DNA from: Candidatus Poribacteria bacterium
Lineage (GTDB): Bacteria; Poribacteria; WGA-4E; WGA-3G
Reading direction: 5' to 3'
Assembly (NCBI GenBank): GCA_965214095.1
Contig: OZ243938.1
Location: 5,056,001 to 5,120,000 of the forward strand
Length of the DNA stretch: 64,000 bases
Shown: one piece after another, positions 62,581 through 64,000 of the stretch
Layout: each line of letters begins with the position of its first letter
How positions within the stretch are numbered: the first letter of the stretch is position 1
The notes under the pieces: model-generated
Database searches by the model: none
Told to the model about the DNA's origin: nothing
The model's input: the letters and a program-made list of their open reading frames with translations, nothing else
Program-made: the position numbers and the translations under genes

Positions 62581-63630
62581 CTATTTTGTGGGTCTAAAGA
62601 GTTCGTCCAACACAACCGTCGCATACCCTCCTGCCGGCAAAGTAAAACAGAGGTGTAACCCATGATCAATAGGTTGAATCTCATGGACTTCCATTTTTAT
62701 ACGAAATGGTCGACGAGTACCGGGTAACCTTATCCCAGCTACCTTGCGAAATGTTTCCAGTTTCACATCTTCCTCTAATAGGAGTTCCATTTCCATCTTT
62801 TCCACATGACCAGTAGGTTGCCGCATCTTGTAGCCGAAGATAGGACCTGTCGGACTAATCTCAAATACATCTGCTCGCATCTGTTCAACTGAAGCGTTGT
62901 CAACATTGAACGGAGCACCGTTGCTGTGCTTAACTGCTACATCTCCATCTAAAAGTTCTCCGATATTAGGAAAACGTCTTGCCAAAATGCAATTAAACAG
63001 ATGTGCTTGATAAGCAGACAAATACAACTTTCTGAGTCGATGTGGAATATATCTAATCGCTTTTACTTCATCTAATCGCTGTGGAAGCCTACTGATTTGT
63101 CCTGTCTCGTTTGTTGATAAATGCACTATTACTTCTTCCCAATTACCTTTCATCAACGCTTTGCCAATCAGGTGGGTGTTTTGCTTGTTCCCAAATCTTT
63201 GTGAACCAAACCAATTTGGAACTCCCTCTTTTGCCAACTGTTCTAATCTCTCAGAAATAATTGAGTAATCATCTCTAACAACATCACGCAATGTAATAGT
63301 GAATCTATTCCCTTGAAGATGACCAACCCGCAATTTATGTTCATGTCTTTCTGCCCACAACACCTCTATAGATGGCAGTTCTATGGTCATTATCTTTTCT
63401 GGTGTGATTCCATCTATTGACAAAACTTGGGTAGTGATTGCCCTTTTATCCTTCAATCCTGCATAACCTATATCTCTTTGATTGACTTGTAAAGTCTCTG
63501 CGATTTTCTTAATCGCATCAAAAGTGCTGATATTCCGTTTGAGAATTGCAAAATAGGTATGTGTACCAATACCGGTCGGTTCATATAATGGTATTTCTTC
63601 AACAATGAAATCTTCCGGTTCAAATTGCAT
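62581..63630 (-). CDS. truD: tRNA pseudouridine(13) synthase
   Basis: PEDFIVEE, GYAGLKD, G.L.GNRF, PNWFG.QRFG, F.LPAGGYAT; start set after GGAGG. Confidence 0.92.
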   Translation of the reverse strand: MQFEPEDFIVEEIPLYEPTGIGTHTYFAILKRNISTFDAIKKIAETLQVNQRDIGYAGLKDKRAITTQVLSIDGITPEKIMTIELPSIEVLWAERHEHKLRVGHLQGNRFTITLRDVVRDDYSIISERLEQLAKEGVPNWFGSQRFGNKQNTHLIGKALMKGNWEEVIVHLSTNETGQISRLPQRLDEVKAIRYIPHRLRKLYLSAYQAHLFNCILARRFPNIGELLDGDVAVKHSNGAPFNVDNASVEQMRADVFEISPTGPIFGYKMRQPTGHVEKMEMELLLEEDVKLETFRKVAGIRLPGTRRPFRIKMEVHEIQPIDHGLHLCFTLPAGGYATVVLDELFRPTK

Positions 63631-63712
63631 CATTTCCTCCGTTTGTATCATAATGCTTATTGTATCTGATTGTCAAGAATTAATAATGTGGTAAAGGGTG
63701 ATTCATATACAC

Positions 63713-63741
63713 TTGACAATTCCACATGAATGTGCTAAATT
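63713..63741 (+). promoter_or_regulatory. sigma70-like promoter for mutL
   Basis: TTGACA-17 bp-TAAATT with extended TG; a divergent TTGACA-18-TATGAT for truD lies on the minus strand. Confidence 0.5.
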
Positions 63742-63790
63742 AACTACCAATTAATGATAGAAAATCCGTGTCAAATTCTTGGAAAAACAC

Positions 63791-64000
63791 ATGCCAAAAA
63801 TCAAAATACTCTCAGCCGATGTGGCAAATAAAATTGCTGCAGGTGAAGTCGTTGAACGACCTGCCTCGGTTGTCAAAGAACTCATAGAAAACGCCGTTGA
63901 TGCTGATAGCACCAGCATCCGTGTTGAAATACGCGCAGGTGGAAAACGACTCATACGTGTCACTGATAACGGCACAGGTATGGAACGTGAGGACGCACTC
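63791..64000 (+). CDS. mutL: DNA mismatch repair protein MutL (5' part, runs off the window)
   Basis: [38 protein letters not shown]...[10 protein letters not shown]. Confidence 0.95.
   Translation, partial: MPKIKILSADVANKIAAGEVVERPASVVKELIENAVDADSTSIRVEIRAGGKRLIRVTDNGTGMEREDAL

Noticed and set aside
63751-63975. 74-aa minus-strand ORF
   Set aside because: Antisense shadow of mutL

Overview
A low-GC bacterial chromosomal segment with about 55 genes. The gene style (WD40 and Kelch repeat proteins, several sulfatases and PhyH dioxygenases, a '...TFWGHVK'-type C-terminus, GTAG-type REPs) suggests Candidatus Poribacteria or a relative; this is an inference. Housekeeping genes include a PPIase-surA-lptD operon, glpK, lysA, aroK/aroB, serA, truD and the start of mutL. 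Accessory content comprises toxin-antitoxin pairs and remnants, an hsdR remnant, a sigma54 two-component pair, a three-gene vWA cluster and a four-gene uncharacterised membrane cluster. Highlights: (1) a Trx/PDZ protein split by the ORF caller at two in-frame TGA codons (R-U-V-P-U-V-S-C) with a SECIS-like hairpin, i.e. a likely double-selenocysteine protein that also carries a CxxCH motif; (2) two ORF-less IS200/IS605-type mini-elements sharing a covarying left end and a sigma70 promoter but carrying different structured-RNA cargo, one inserted between a likely RBS and its start codon; (3) a UvrD helicase containing a catalytically degenerate RecJ-like scaffold that itself hosts an intact DnaQ-type exonuclease, near mutL; (4) an LptD with parvulin-like domains inserted in the barrel region; (5) REP/REPIN cassettes bracketed by different terminal inverted repeats. 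No rRNA, tRNA or CRISPR array was seen. All family assignments are by eye, not database searches.
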